This document shows positions 48,401-57,686 of a stretch of DNA of 64,000 nucleotides, in pieces (within the stretch, counting starts at the first letter, position 1; each line of letters begins with the position of its first letter). A program made the position numbers and the translations under genes. The stretch is from an archaeon (GTDB lineage Archaea; Aenigmatarchaeota; Aenigmatarchaeia; Aenigmatarchaeales; JACQIB01). Below the pieces are notes generated by a model. The model was not told where the DNA came from. It did not search any database and saw nothing but the letters and a program-made list of their open reading frames with translations. The DNA lies in contig DATDSO010000010.1 in NCBI GenBank assembly GCA_035291225.1, positions 82,090-146,089 of the forward strand. The letters are read 5' to 3'.

Positions 48401-49423
48401 GATGCTGAATTAAATGAATATCAAAGTTCCTGCGAAAAATCTGGCGGCACACTGAAAACAAGCTTGGAAGGCGGTTGTAAAATAGGATTTTGTTTGAACG
48501 CTGATGAGAATGAATGTGAAAGAGAAATAAATCCAAAGTTTGAGAAAGAGATCGAAGAGAAATGCAAGAAAGAGGGACTTGTGGTTGTGAAAGACTTTGA
48601 TCCGCGCGGCTGCACGGTTTTGCACTGCGGCGAACAAGACTTCTGCAAGAAAGTCCCGAAGAATGCTTATAGTGAGTGCGAGAACCAAGGCGGTGAGCTT
48701 GTTGTTAAAACAGATGAAAGAGGGTGCGCGACTTTCTCTGAATGTGTAAGGCCTGGAGATGAAAAAGTTTATTTGGAGGAGCATGAGAAAATAACTGAAA
48801 TTCCGGATGAAACAGAATTGCTTTCCCTTGCTTTGAAGCTCGAGGAATTAAAAGTTTCGTTTGATAAGATGTCAACTCAGGCAAAGGATCTGGCTAATTA
48901 TTATAAATCAACAGGAAGTTCAGAAGCTAAGAAGTTAACAAGAGTCGCAGATATGTTTGCTGCTGCTACTGGAAAAATAGATGAAATAAAAACAGCATTG
49001 AGAAACAAACTAACAACAATAACGCCGGCTGATTTAGAGGAGATAAAGCTTGAGATAAGGACAATCAGGAAAGTGACTTTGAAGGACATTTTGTATGTTA
49101 TGCTTAGCACAAAAGATGATGTGAAAGATATCGTTGATGAAAAGGAAAAAGATTGCGGCATAGATGGGCTCTGCTTTGACAAGAGCTTCAGAATATGCCA
49201 AAAAGCAATAATGAGATCTGACCAAGAGGGAACGTTTGTAAGAATAACTGGAGAAAGCGATGGAAAGTGCTTGATGGAAGCTGAAGCAAAAGTCGCTGGA
49301 ATCGCAGTTTCAATGAAATGCGAAGTGCCGAACTATGCTCTTGGATTTAAGAACCCAGAAACAGATGTACTTCCATACTGCACGGGCGGTTTAGTTGATG
49401 CTATAAAAACGGGAAAGGTTTAG
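45470..49423 (+). CDS. Large secreted Cys-rich repeat protein (1317 aa)
   Basis: Signal peptide, duplicated N-terminal Cys modules, 14 six-Cys repeats, charged Cys repeats, coiled coil. Confidence 0.88.
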   Translation: MGCNKLLLALAVFSILIISVAATPALAADPVTDFFNWLFGVTGAQTGNETPASSSSTTSSSTTTTTSIPSCEGPIPSSGCTCPSPGGPVYYSGFCCSNTYQASTACGTTSTYTTATSSSSCPSSVLSVLGEGCHFMYTGSDGRSIYCNSGMTRSMKESDTAAKDGCTSDTTTTTYSGTTTSSLPSTSTPCTIGSAITSLCNCGGYSYNSGYCCSSTSGSGSGYFQSNACGTTTTYYTSTTYSSTCPSTVLSVLGTGCHQMYTGNDGKTIYCDSGMTRSMKEGDTASKSGCTSESNVCSSSNPWYCYDQTSCTGVSANWCKSSSTSGGYCSTSTCPTCSKDSAWNCYDQSGCTGAGGNWCQSGGSSYGYCQNSACPTCSSSSPWNCYDETSCKGATGNWCKSSASSGGTATYSSGWCSSSSCPTCASTSKYNCYTETDCKGATGIWCGSQSGSGGYCGEAVCPTYTCSKSEPWNCKDQTTCSGAGASWCSGSGGYGYCSSSCPTCDKTNPWNCYTKEACTGVSAQWCSGSGGYGYCSSSTCPTCSSTTKYNCYDETSCKGATGSWCISQYGGSGWCQDYSCPTYTCSKSEPWNCRDETTCKGAGASWCGSWCQTSSCPTCSKSQIWNCNTKETCTGTGANWCTSQNIAYATAAGGAAASSPPSSGWCQESSCPTYACSKTEPWYCYDQNSCSGAGASWCTGYGGAGGYCQSGSCPTYTCSSSNPWNCFKEEECKGAGARWCVTTSYGTTLNGWCSNSCPTCSSTQKYNCFDKTSCAGSDGYWCGTESTGWCADQKCATCSTTQPWNCYDKETCTGASGSWCTNQYSTYGSTAVVSSGWCQSNDCPTCSKSQPWNCFIETDCKTNGGNWCGTWCQDSSYQCPSTKGYNVEEKKENFIKPENCKEQKDSNTGYTNYVCEKKTEEKCPELSVDVKEKCESNSGKLTIKKDRRGCEFTDCRFKEEFNPDKKFILKKFDRCPTDAELNEYQSSCEKSGGTLKTSLEGGCKIGFCLNADENECEREINPKFEKEIEEKCKKEGLVVVKDFDPRGCTVLHCGEQDFCKKVPKNAYSECENQGGELVVKTDERGCATFSECVRPGDEKVYLEEHEKITEIPDETELLSLALKLEELKVSFDKMSTQAKDLANYYKSTGSSEAKKLTRVADMFAAATGKIDEIKTALRNKLTTITPADLEEIKLEIRTIRKVTLKDILYVMLSTKDDVKDIVDEKEKDCGIDGLCFDKSFRICQKAIMRSDQEGTFVRITGESDGKCLMEAEAKVAGIAVSMKCEVPNYALGFKNPETDVLPYCTGGLVDAIKTGKV
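46358..48110 (+). repeat. 14 tandem coding repeats C-x7-C-x5-C-x7-C-x(3-24)-C-x(3-6)-C
   Basis: Counted from the translation, e.g. CSKSEPWNCKDQTTCSGAGASWC...YCSSSCPT. Confidence 0.9.
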
Positions 49424-49432
49424 GTGAGATAA

Positions 49433-49714
49433 ATGTTTGATTCAATAATTGCGGCAAGGAGAAAGGATTCGGGAAAAGATAGCGGCAGTTCGGATTTTAT
49501 TTCAAAAAACAAGACAGCACTAGCTCTTGTTTTGATATTGGTTGTTGTTGCGGTCTTTGTCGCGCAACCAAAGGGAGTTGTGCAGGGCCCGAGCACTCCA
49601 ATCGAATCGAAAATTTCAACTCAATCAGAAGCTGGAGAAACTATTTCAGACTTGAGCTCTTCTGCAGCAGCTGTTAGCTCTTTCTTGAAAGACATCGATA
49701 ATAGCATTGGTTGA
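49433..49714 (+). CDS. Small single-TM protein
   Basis: GGTGA SD next to the previous stop; one TM helix. Confidence 0.7.
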   Translation: MFDSIIAARRKDSGKDSGSSDFISKNKTALALVLILVVVAVFVAQPKGVVQGPSTPIESKISTQSEAGETISDLSSSAAAVSSFLKDIDNSIG

Positions 49715-49762
49715 ACCTCTGTCCCGAAAAACTTTATAAACCTTAAATGAAAAGAGTTTTCT

Positions 49763-50149
49763 ATGTTCTCGCAATTCAGAAGCCAGCGAAAGAAAACCGG
49801 CGGGCTCTACAACGAAATTAGGAAAAAGAAAAAAAGAGATTTGGGCAGCGATTTTATTCCGATTCACTTGAAGGAAAAGGAAAAAGTAAAATCTGTGAGA
49901 ATGACTGGCGGGGATTTGAAATTGAGAATGCTTGCCGCGAGCAAAGCAAATGTCCTTGACCCAGCGAGCGGAAAATCAAAAGTTGTGAAAATTGTAACAG
50001 TAAAAGAAAATTCTGCGAACCCGCACTTTGTGAGGATGAATGTCATCACGCGCGGGGCTGTTGTTGAAACAGAATTGGGCTTGGCAAAAATCACAAGCAG
50101 GCCCGGGCAGCATGGGGTTGTTAATGCTGTGCTTGTTGAGAAGAAGTAA
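49763..50149 (+). CDS. rps8e: Ribosomal protein S8e
   Basis: RKKTGG, ENSANPHF, ITSRPGQHGVVNA. Confidence 0.97.
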   Translation: MFSQFRSQRKKTGGLYNEIRKKKKRDLGSDFIPIHLKEKEKVKSVRMTGGDLKLRMLAASKANVLDPASGKSKVVKIVTVKENSANPHFVRMNVITRGAVVETELGLAKITSRPGQHGVVNAVLVEKK

Positions 50150-50198
50150 AATATGTTCTGTAAGATTCTTTGAAATTGAAATATGTTTTTAAATATTT

Positions 50199-51077
50199 TC
50201 AGTATGCAACTTTTATGCCCAAACCTTCTATAAGAGAAGCGCAGCTTTTTCTGACTGTTACTTCTGATACTCGTGCTCTCCAAGCAACTTCCCTCTGGGT
50301 TCTCCTTTCATTTGAAAGTATTGATGCTGCGTAAATCGCACCGGAGGCGACACCGCGCGGATCTTGCCTCGAGTTATATATTCCTTTTTCTTTCGCGTCA
50401 TCCAGAAATTTCCTCGCCTTTGCTGCAACTTCACCACTAAGCTTAAGCTCGGAGCAAAAGCCCGGAACATAATCCTTAGGTTCGAATCCCTTATTTTTGA
50501 GATGAAGTTTCCTTACTAGAACTTCTGATGTTCTCTCTGTAAGATCATAGTTACAACCAGATGCATGAGCGACATCTTCGGACATTATCGGAATTCTATT
50601 CTCGGTAGCAGAAGCAAAAACATAGCCACCGACCAAATCCATGTCTTCGGTTCCTTGAAAAAATCCGTCTTTTCTGTATTCTTCAAAAAGTTTTCTCGCG
50701 CCCGCTCTTTTGTAAAGTTGCAAAGCATAATCAGCGACTCGCTTCGGAAGCCCGAGCCTAGCGCAGGTTCCTTTTATAGCGCCCACAGCATCTTCATTAA
50801 GATTCATTGATTGGAATGAGACTGCTGTATGAACACTTCCAAGCCTTGTCCAATTTTCCCGTTCGCCTGCTTTTCTTGTTAAACCTTCAGTTTGAGATTC
50901 TATCCCCTCTATAACAGAACCCAAGAATGGCGTTAGCTCGCGCACGGGCGGAACGTATATACCATCACTTTCATCATTAACTAGACCGCAATCCACGCAA
51001 ACAAATTCTTCTTTTTCATCAACCTTGACTTCTTCGCTTCCGCACCCAGAACATTCATGAATCATTGTTTCCGCCAC
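50199..51077 (-). CDS. Divergent TFB/TFIIB paralog
   Basis: Zn ribbon CSGC...CVDCG, two cyclin repeats, HTH RTQREVA...VSEVTVRK. Confidence 0.88.
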   Translation of the reverse strand: MAETMIHECSGCGSEEVKVDEKEEFVCVDCGLVNDESDGIYVPPVRELTPFLGSVIEGIESQTEGLTRKAGERENWTRLGSVHTAVSFQSMNLNEDAVGAIKGTCARLGLPKRVADYALQLYKRAGARKLFEEYRKDGFFQGTEDMDLVGGYVFASATENRIPIMSEDVAHASGCNYDLTERTSEVLVRKLHLKNKGFEPKDYVPGFCSELKLSGEVAAKARKFLDDAKEKGIYNSRQDPRGVASGAIYAASILSNERRTQREVAWRARVSEVTVRKSCASLIEGLGIKVAY

Positions 51078-51213
51078 ATTTGCATTGGTAGCATAGATTT
51101 ATAAAGTTATTACCACTGGGCAGAAGGAGGTTTATAGAGGTGTTTTCATCGTGTTGGTGCCGATAACAGAATTTCTAAAAAATATTGTTGCGCTCGCTAG
51201 CAGAAATAAATTA

Positions 51214-51555
51214 TTAAAAATATTTTCTCTTTTTTCTATCAAATCTTGGGGAGGATATTGCAAGCAAAGTTAAACCTTTCATGTTTTTGTATTTGGTTCC
51301 ATGGGGCAGAAAAACCAAATCGCCTTTCTTTATTGTAAATTCTTTTCCCTCAATAATGCATTTTCCTTCGCCTTCCAAAACAAAGTAGGCAACATCGCTT
51401 TCCTTGTCAACACCAAGCTTTATGTCGTTCCCGACTTTTCTGACTATTGCAATGCTGAACTTCGGAAATTCTCGTGTGTTCAAAATGTCTGTTACTTTTG
51501 TATCGCCGAAATCATTCTCTTTCAAATCTTCTGCTCTGATAATTTTTGGTTCCAT
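51214..51555 (-). CDS. Cupin domain protein
   Basis: YFVLEGEG...IKKGDLVFLPHG; lacks the metal-binding His pair. Confidence 0.8.
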   Translation of the reverse strand: MEPKIIRAEDLKENDFGDTKVTDILNTREFPKFSIAIVRKVGNDIKLGVDKESDVAYFVLEGEGKCIIEGKEFTIKKGDLVFLPHGTKYKNMKGLTLLAISSPRFDRKKRKYF

Positions 51556-51605
51556 AAAAATTCTAGAAGAATTTTTGTGGCGCGAAAAGCTTTGCTTTTT
51601 TGCTG

Positions 51606-52502
51606 TCATAATATCACTTTCATCCCATCCTTCCCAACAATCGAATTCTTAAAAACTTTTTTTGCAGCAGCCAGAGTTTCTTTCGTATCTTTGTATCTGC
51701 GACTTAAATGCACGAGCGCAAGTTTTTTCACAGAATATTCTTTTGCGAGCGCAGCCACATCAGCAACAGCAGAGTGCGCTCTTCCTTCAACTGCTTCTAT
51801 AAAAGTTCCGTCATGAATTAACAAATCCGCGCCTGCGGCTGCGCGGAAAAATTCCTCTGTTGGCAGGCAGTCGCCAGAATAGGCAAATTTTCTGCCGAGA
51901 GAAATTTTTGAAATTTCGCTCAGGTTTATTGTTTTGTTTTTTATTTTCAATGAGCCTTTTAGTTTGAGCTCGCTCAACTGTGGTCCAATCTCCAAGCCAA
52001 ATTTCTTCGCCAGCTTTATGTCAATTTTCACATGAGGCTTTTCCGAAAAAACAAATCCGCAGGCAGGCACGCTGTGCTTTACTGGAGTGGAAAAAATTTC
52101 ATATTCAGAATTTTCAAAAAGTTTTTGTTTTTGTTCTATATCGCAGTCAATTGCGCGGATTTCAAAGCCAATTCCATAATAGCTCAGCTCCACAATTCCA
52201 TCAATAAATCGCGAGGCCTCTGGAGCGTAAATTTCTAATGGATTTTTTCTATCTAGGAGGTGCATTGTTTCAATCAACGGAAGCAAACCCGCAAAGTGGT
52301 CAGCGTGCCAGTGGGAAATGAAAATTTTTGAGATTTTCAGAGGAGAAATATTTTGCTTTTGCAAACCTAACTGGGCGGATTCACCGCAGTCAAACAGAAA
52401 AACATCCGCGCCCCTGCGCAAAACATAAGCAGCCTGCATTCTTTTCTCTGATGGAATTGAAGAGCCTGTTCCGAGAAAAAAGATTTCAAGTGGGAGGGGC
52501 AT
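51606..52502 (-). CDS. rnz: Ribonuclease Z
   Basis: FLGTGS, FDCGE, SHWHADH, YSGD, HDGTF, HLSRRY. Confidence 0.95.
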   Translation of the reverse strand: MPLPLEIFFLGTGSSIPSEKRMQAAYVLRRGADVFLFDCGESAQLGLQKQNISPLKISKIFISHWHADHFAGLLPLIETMHLLDRKNPLEIYAPEASRFIDGIVELSYYGIGFEIRAIDCDIEQKQKLFENSEYEIFSTPVKHSVPACGFVFSEKPHVKIDIKLAKKFGLEIGPQLSELKLKGSLKIKNKTINLSEISKISLGRKFAYSGDCLPTEEFFRAAAGADLLIHDGTFIEAVEGRAHSAVADVAALAKEYSVKKLALVHLSRRYKDTKETLAAAKKVFKNSIVGKDGMKVIL

Positions 52503-52554
52503 GCAAATTGTGGGCAACCGATAGATTTAAATATATGTGATAAGAAAATAAATT

Positions 52555-52680
52555 ATGTCCATGGTGCCAGAATGGCCGGATAGACCAAATGTTTTTGTTG
52601 ATGAAGTTGATGAAGAAGGTGTGCCTTATGGATGGAGAGCCATGCACGCTCTTTCAGGTTCAAATCCTGACTATGAGTAG
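52555..52680 (+). CDS. Small acidic peptide (41 aa) MSMVPEWPDRPNVFVDEVDEEG...PDYE
   Basis: Fills the intergenic gap; TTTAAATA about 25 bp upstream. Confidence 0.5.
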   Translation: MSMVPEWPDRPNVFVDEVDEEGVPYGWRAMHALSGSNPDYE

Positions 52681-52696
52681 GTTTCTAAAATTTTTA

Positions 52697-54070
52697 TTAA
52701 AAATATTTTCTCAGAAAAATCCTGAAATCTTTTGTTGCTAAAATTGAAAGTGCTCGCTCGCCACAAATTAATTTTGCTTTTCTCATCGGGCCAGCGAGCT
52801 TGCTAGGAACTCCTGCAAGCAAAAGCTCTTTCTCGCTCGCAGACAAAAAGTTTTTCAGGAAACTTTCTGCTGTTGTAAATTCGCGCTCGGTTTCAACAAA
52901 CCAGTTTTCTCCCTCTATAGAAACTTTCTTGCCGGCATAGTGCTTCAAAAAGCCCTCAGATGGCTTGTGCGCGTAAATTGAAGGTCCTGCATGCTTTGTT
53001 GTTTTTGAAATTTCCCAGCTATCGAATTCCAGAATCACAACGCAGAATTTTTCGTCAAAGTAGCTGTCTGCTTTTAGAAGCCTAAAGCCTGCTTTCTGTA
53101 AACTCTGCTCAAATATTTTCAAAAGTTTTTTCAGCTGTGTCCAAATTATATCTCCATGAGTGCGCGGGCGCCCGAATTTTATTGCGCAGAAATAGGAGCC
53201 GCGCAATTTGATTTGCTTTTTTATTTCTGCTGAGCTTAGAGGCTTTTGCTGCGCTGGAAAGAAAAATTTGTCTGCTGGTTTGGAAAGGAAAGTGCGAGCG
53301 GCGAAAACAAATTTGTAAAAGCTTTCTGCAGAAACTGCTGCTGCAACGTTTCTATTTTTGTCAACTGGATCGATTACAATTAATGGAGAAGAGAATTTTT
53401 TGAAAAGCTCTGCGTGGGGGGGATTTGGATTTTTCAAGTCAATGGAAGTTCCAGCTGTCTGGTTGCCTGCAGCTTCTAAAACTTTTTGGAAGTTTCCATA
53501 TTTTAGAATTAACAATTCTGAAAGATAGCCAGAGAATCCGCTCGTGCGCAAGTCGGCTCCATAGCAGCCTGCTGCTGCCAAGAATTTTTTTAACAAGCGC
53601 ACTTGGTCTTTTTGTTCCGCGGAAATATTTTCCAGAACAAATTTCACATGATGCGGAGTGCGGTCAACTGCGGATTTTATTTTTTCTGGGAGGGCATCAT
53701 AGCATGGCACAATGTCCAAGTCAAAAGTTTCCCTACCGTGTTTTACAAGTGCGTGAACATACGGATGCTCTGCATATTCAAGCTCAAATTTTGATTTCAG
53801 AACAGAAGCGATTTTTTTTGCGAGCCCCAAGCCTTTTTCCTCAAATTCCTTCCTCTCCAAATTTTCTGGAAAAAGCAAAAACAAATCCAGCTCATTTTTG
53901 TCAGCGAGCCAAGTTCCTTTTGCGACAGAGCCGCAAATCATCGGTCTGCCTCCGAGATGTTTCGCTGTTTCAAGGAGTTTTTTCTCGAGAGCAAAAACCA
54001 TTTTTTCCTTTGCAGGAGATGGCCTGATTCTTTTCAGAACTCCAGTGAGAACGTTAGAGCTATTTTCCAT
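52697..54070 (-). CDS. cca: Archaeal (class I) CCA-adding enzyme
   Basis: GSVAKGTW..ELDLF, YAEHPY, SAVDRTPHH, GFSGYLSE, DPVD..RNVAAA. Confidence 0.96.
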   Translation of the reverse strand: MENSSNVLTGVLKRIRPSPAKEKMVFALEKKLLETAKHLGGRPMICGSVAKGTWLADKNELDLFLLFPENLERKEFEEKGLGLAKKIASVLKSKFELEYAEHPYVHALVKHGRETFDLDIVPCYDALPEKIKSAVDRTPHHVKFVLENISAEQKDQVRLLKKFLAAAGCYGADLRTSGFSGYLSELLILKYGNFQKVLEAAGNQTAGTSIDLKNPNPPHAELFKKFSSPLIVIDPVDKNRNVAAAVSAESFYKFVFAARTFLSKPADKFFFPAQQKPLSSAEIKKQIKLRGSYFCAIKFGRPRTHGDIIWTQLKKLLKIFEQSLQKAGFRLLKADSYFDEKFCVVILEFDSWEISKTTKHAGPSIYAHKPSEGFLKHYAGKKVSIEGENWFVETEREFTTAESFLKNFLSASEKELLLAGVPSKLAGPMRKAKLICGERALSILATKDFRIFLRKYF

Positions 54071-54129
54071 AAAGCTTATTGGGCTGTGCTTTTAAAAACT
54101 TTATAAACCGGCTATACAAAAAGTAATGT

Positions 54130-54780
54130 ATGACGGCAATTGAAGATGCTGTATCGTCGTTTGCGGGGAGTTTGACACAGCAGATACCTGTTATTCTAAC
54201 GCAGATTATAGCTGCAACCATAACTGTTCTGCTCGGGCTTGTAATAGGTAAAGTGATAGGGAGGGTTGCCAGAGAAATAGTTATACGATCAAGAATCGAT
54301 GAATGGATTTCTTCTGAAGATCATGTAAAGTTCAGAATTTCATCTATTCTTGATTTGGTCGTTCGGTGGACAATTTATTTCGTTTTCCTTAAGCAGGCCG
54401 CGATTTTCCTTGGGGTGGCTGCAATAACAGAATTCATCAACAACATGATAAATGTCATACCTAGCCTGCTTGAAGGATCTCTTATAATCATAATAGGCTA
54501 CGCTATAGCAGTCTACTTGAAAGACAAAATAATAAGTTCGAAAACTGTCTACAGCGATTTAACCGGAAAAATCATTTTCTTCTTTGTTGTTTACATTTCT
54601 ATTGCTCTTGCTTTGCCATTTGTCGGAATAAATCCAACACTTATCAACAATATACTTCTCGTCATAGCTGGTTCTGTTGGTTTGGGCTTGGCGATAGCCT
54701 TAGGCTGGGGACTGAAAGATGTTGTGAGAGACGTAGCGCATCAGTATGTGAAAAAATTTATTAGAAGCCGGAAGAGGTAA
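54130..54780 (+). CDS. TM-helix-repeat (MscS-associated/CmpX-like) membrane protein
   Basis: Two TM repeats; LAIALGWGLKD. Confidence 0.75.
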   Translation: MTAIEDAVSSFAGSLTQQIPVILTQIIAATITVLLGLVIGKVIGRVAREIVIRSRIDEWISSEDHVKFRISSILDLVVRWTIYFVFLKQAAIFLGVAAITEFINNMINVIPSLLEGSLIIIIGYAIAVYLKDKIISSKTVYSDLTGKIIFFFVVYISIALALPFVGINPTLINNILLVIAGSVGLGLAIALGWGLKDVVRDVAHQYVKKFIRSRKR

Positions 54781-54786
54781 TTTAGA

Positions 54787-55230
54787 ATGTTTGTAAAAGA
54801 AGTTATGAAGACTGATGTGAAGAAAACAAGAGCTGATAGTAATGTAAAGGAAGCGGCGGAAATTATGAGCGATAACCACATAGGCTCTCTTATTGTTGTC
54901 GGCGGCGCGGGGGACGTGAAGGGGATTGTGACAGAAAGAGATATTCTAAAAAAAGTCGTTTCAAGAGGCTTCCGTTCCACGGATATTACAATTGAAAAAA
55001 TCATGACTCCTGTAGATGAGATGATTTCGGTTGATCCGAATTCAACTCTCGAAGAGGCCGCTGACCTCATGACACAAAATCATGTGAAAAGATTGCCTGT
55101 TGTTGAGGAAGGTCGGCTTGTTGGAATAATAACAGCCACCGATTTAATTGCGCAGGAAAAACTTCTTGTGGAAAAAGTCGCTGCTTTGCTCGCACTAAAA
55201 AGAGGAACTCAAATTTCAGTTGGTGGTTAG
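54787..55230 (+). CDS. CBS domain protein
   Basis: GIVTERDI, RLPVV..GIITATD. Confidence 0.92.
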   Translation: MFVKEVMKTDVKKTRADSNVKEAAEIMSDNHIGSLIVVGGAGDVKGIVTERDILKKVVSRGFRSTDITIEKIMTPVDEMISVDPNSTLEEAADLMTQNHVKRLPVVEEGRLVGIITATDLIAQEKLLVEKVAALLALKRGTQISVGG

Positions 55231-55662
55231 GTGCTTGTAAACGAATTGATGAAAGACAAAGTTGCGACAGCACGGATTTCAGATAATCTGGAAAAGGCTT
55301 TGGAACTAATGAAAAAAAATAAAGTCAGCTCGCTCGTTGTTCTAAAAAAGAAAAATGTTTGCGGGATAATAACGTATATAGATATTGCGAAATCTGCAAC
55401 GAGCTTGGGGGGTCTGAGAAAGATAAAAGTGAAATCAGCAATGCCGAAAAAACTTTTCTCTATAGGGCCGAGGGAAAATATTATGAAAGCTACGGAGCTC
55501 ATGAAGAAAGAAGGCATTAGAAGGCTTCCTGTTATAGAAGAGGGGGAGCTAAAGGGGATTATTACATCAGCCGATTTAATGGAGCATCAGAATGAAATTT
55601 TTTTCCGGGCCCAGAGAATTCTTTCTCTGAGATCAAATCTTAGAGACCGGTTCAGTTTCTAA
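55231..55662 (+). CDS. CBS domain protein
   Basis: GIITYIDI, RRLPV..GIITSAD. Confidence 0.9.
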   Translation: MLVNELMKDKVATARISDNLEKALELMKKNKVSSLVVLKKKNVCGIITYIDIAKSATSLGGLRKIKVKSAMPKKLFSIGPRENIMKATELMKKEGIRRLPVIEEGELKGIITSADLMEHQNEIFFRAQRILSLRSNLRDRFSF

Positions 55663-55746
55663 TTTTTCTTTGAATTATTCTCGCGAAATTAGTTTACTAT
55701 TCTTTAGTTAGAAAGCTTTATATACTATGTGGTGGTAAATTATAGT

Positions 55747-56136
55747 ATGCTTGGAAGGATGTTGGTGTTAATTTTAATCAGCGGAATTAGCTTCATCTTT
55801 TTTCATGAGTTGGGGCACTACGTTGCAGCCGAAGCACTTGGATTGAAGCCAAATTTTGTGTTTGCGCATGTACCTGACAATATGTTCATGGGATTTTCTG
55901 TGGGGGTTTCCCACTTACAATCTAGTAGCGCGATGGAAGGGTTTGTAATATTGGGAGCCACAATACTTCCTTTAATTTTGCTATTTATTTTTATTGCAGC
56001 ATCAAAAGTTTTTGAAATTGAAGATCTTATGTTTGTGGCGAAAATATACTTTATTTTGATTGCTGTAAATCTTGTTCCAATTCCCGGCATAGATGCCTTG
56101 GACGCAAATAAACTAATTCTTAGAATGCTTGGCTAA
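55747..56136 (+). CDS. Small membrane zinc metalloprotease (M50-like)
   Basis: HELGH in a TM segment; NLVPIPGID..D. Confidence 0.75.
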   Translation: MLGRMLVLILISGISFIFFHELGHYVAAEALGLKPNFVFAHVPDNMFMGFSVGVSHLQSSSAMEGFVILGATILPLILLFIFIAASKVFEIEDLMFVAKIYFILIAVNLVPIPGIDALDANKLILRMLG

Positions 56137-56522
56137 CGTGTTGAAACAATCATTTTCTTTCCCATTATAATCCAATACTGCACTTCGCCGCCCTGAGTTA
56201 TTTTTCCTTTTAATTCTTCGGGCACCTGAGAATCGAACGTCTCGTAATTTTCCAAATCCATAACTTGGGCTGTTTCTCCTGTGATTGCAACTACCTGGCC
56301 GTTTCTCTTGTCAATAATTGGGACTTCCAATTCTGTGTCAGCTGGCTTCACAACCGAGCGCTTTCTGTTGTCAAATAACCCAACAGCCTCGAGCCTGACT
56401 TTCGCCGCACCATGCTTCCCACTTGCGGAAATCGTGACATCAACAACCCTGCATGGCTCACCGTCCAGAATGCAAAATTTTCCTTCTTTCAGATTTTTAA
56501 TTGCGGATTTTGTTTCAGTCAT
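56133..56522 (-). CDS. eif5a: Translation factor aIF5A
   Basis: SGKHGAAK hypusine motif. Confidence 0.97.
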   Translation of the reverse strand: MTETKSAIKNLKEGKFCILDGEPCRVVDVTISASGKHGAAKVRLEAVGLFDNRKRSVVKPADTELEVPIIDKRNGQVVAITGETAQVMDLENYETFDSQVPEELKGKITQGGEVQYWIIMGKKMIVSTR

Positions 56523-56555
56523 TCCAATTCTTTCAGGAGAGGATTTATAAAGTTT

Positions 56556-57020
56556 TTATTGTATAGGCACGCTGAAATCTTTTGTGAGAATATTGTTGCT
56601 CTCATCGGATTCAGAAATTCTTTCCACAGGGTCAACTCTTATAGTAAGCGTGTACTCGCCGTCAGAAAGTCCATAATATTTCAGCAAAATCTGCGAGCTG
56701 CTGGATCCGATATTTCCCTTGTTCACCTGCTCCTCGGGATAAATTAATTTTCCGGTTGCTTTCTCTTTTACCTCCGCGCCAACAATAACATTTTCAGCTG
56801 CGGCTTTTCCTTTGTTGAATATTGTTGCGCTCACGGAAATCTGCCCTGCCAATTTAGAAAAACTAACGCTGTCAGAAATATACAAATCCGGCAGAGCAGA
56901 GCCTGCTTGTGTTGTTGTCGCAGTTGCCGCTGCCGTGGAAGTTGTTGCAGCAGAAGTTTGCGAGCCCACGCATGCGGAGATGAAAATTATTGAAACCAGC
57001 GCGAACAGCAATTTTTTCAT
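56556..57020 (-). CDS. CARDB-domain lipoprotein
   Basis: Lipobox ISAC; LPDL...NKG...VDP..ISESDESNN. Confidence 0.85.
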   Translation of the reverse strand: MKKLLFALVSIIFISACVGSQTSAATTSTAAATATTTQAGSALPDLYISDSVSFSKLAGQISVSATIFNKGKAAAENVIVGAEVKEKATGKLIYPEEQVNKGNIGSSSSQILLKYYGLSDGEYTLTIRVDPVERISESDESNNILTKDFSVPIQ

Positions 57021-57050
57021 AAATTAAATATGCATTACCAATTTATAAAA

Positions 57051-57590
57051 CTAAACCCGCGCGAGCAAATCAGATTTCGTAACAACACCGGAAATTTTTC
57101 CATTTTTTGCAACAAGAACAATTGGATAAAATTTCAACAGGTTAGAAACAACTTCAGCCCCAGCCTCCAGCGAAACAATCGGCGGCGGCTCTTTCATGAT
57201 TTCGAAAATTTTATTTTTGCTTTCATCCAGCAGAGCATCCAAAATTTCCGATTCACCCACAAGCCCGACAATTTTCTTCCCGCGCAAGACTGGCATTTGA
57301 GAAATCCCGTGGCTGCGCATTTTTTTTGCAACTGCATGGATTTTTTCTGCCGGCCCGCAGAAAATTAATTTTCTGCTCATGAACTCGGAAACGCGCGCTT
57401 CCTTCTTTTTTGAAAAATTTTCCAGCGCAGAAAATATTTTTTTCACAGAAGAATAGCTCGGGTCAATTGCTCCAGATTCAAGCTTTGCAATCATGGACTG
57501 GGAAACCCCTGCTATTTGCGCGAGCTGCTGCTGCGTAATCCCAAGCCTGCGCCGGATTTTTCCAACGTCATTGATTTCATGCGGAACCAT
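57051..57590 (-). CDS. XRE-HTH + CBS transcriptional regulator
   Basis: [30 protein letters not shown] followed by a CBS pair. Confidence 0.93.
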   Translation of the reverse strand: MVPHEINDVGKIRRRLGITQQQLAQIAGVSQSMIAKLESGAIDPSYSSVKKIFSALENFSKKKEARVSEFMSRKLIFCGPAEKIHAVAKKMRSHGISQMPVLRGKKIVGLVGESEILDALLDESKNKIFEIMKEPPPIVSLEAGAEVVSNLLKFYPIVLVAKNGKISGVVTKSDLLARV

Positions 57591-57686
57591 AATTACAATG
57601 AAAGCCCAGACTTTATAAATATTCTTAAAAGAATAAAGCTTTCAGTAAGGCTTATAAGCCTTGGAGCAAAAGAAATAAAAGTTATT

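Noticed and set aside
51150..51273. Possible plus-strand small ORF after GAGGTG
   Set aside because: It has a GTG/TTG start, overlaps the convergent cupin gene and has no supporting features
52697..54070. CCA-adding enzyme present although all tRNA genes encode CCA
   Set aside because: This is ordinary; the enzyme also repairs tRNA ends
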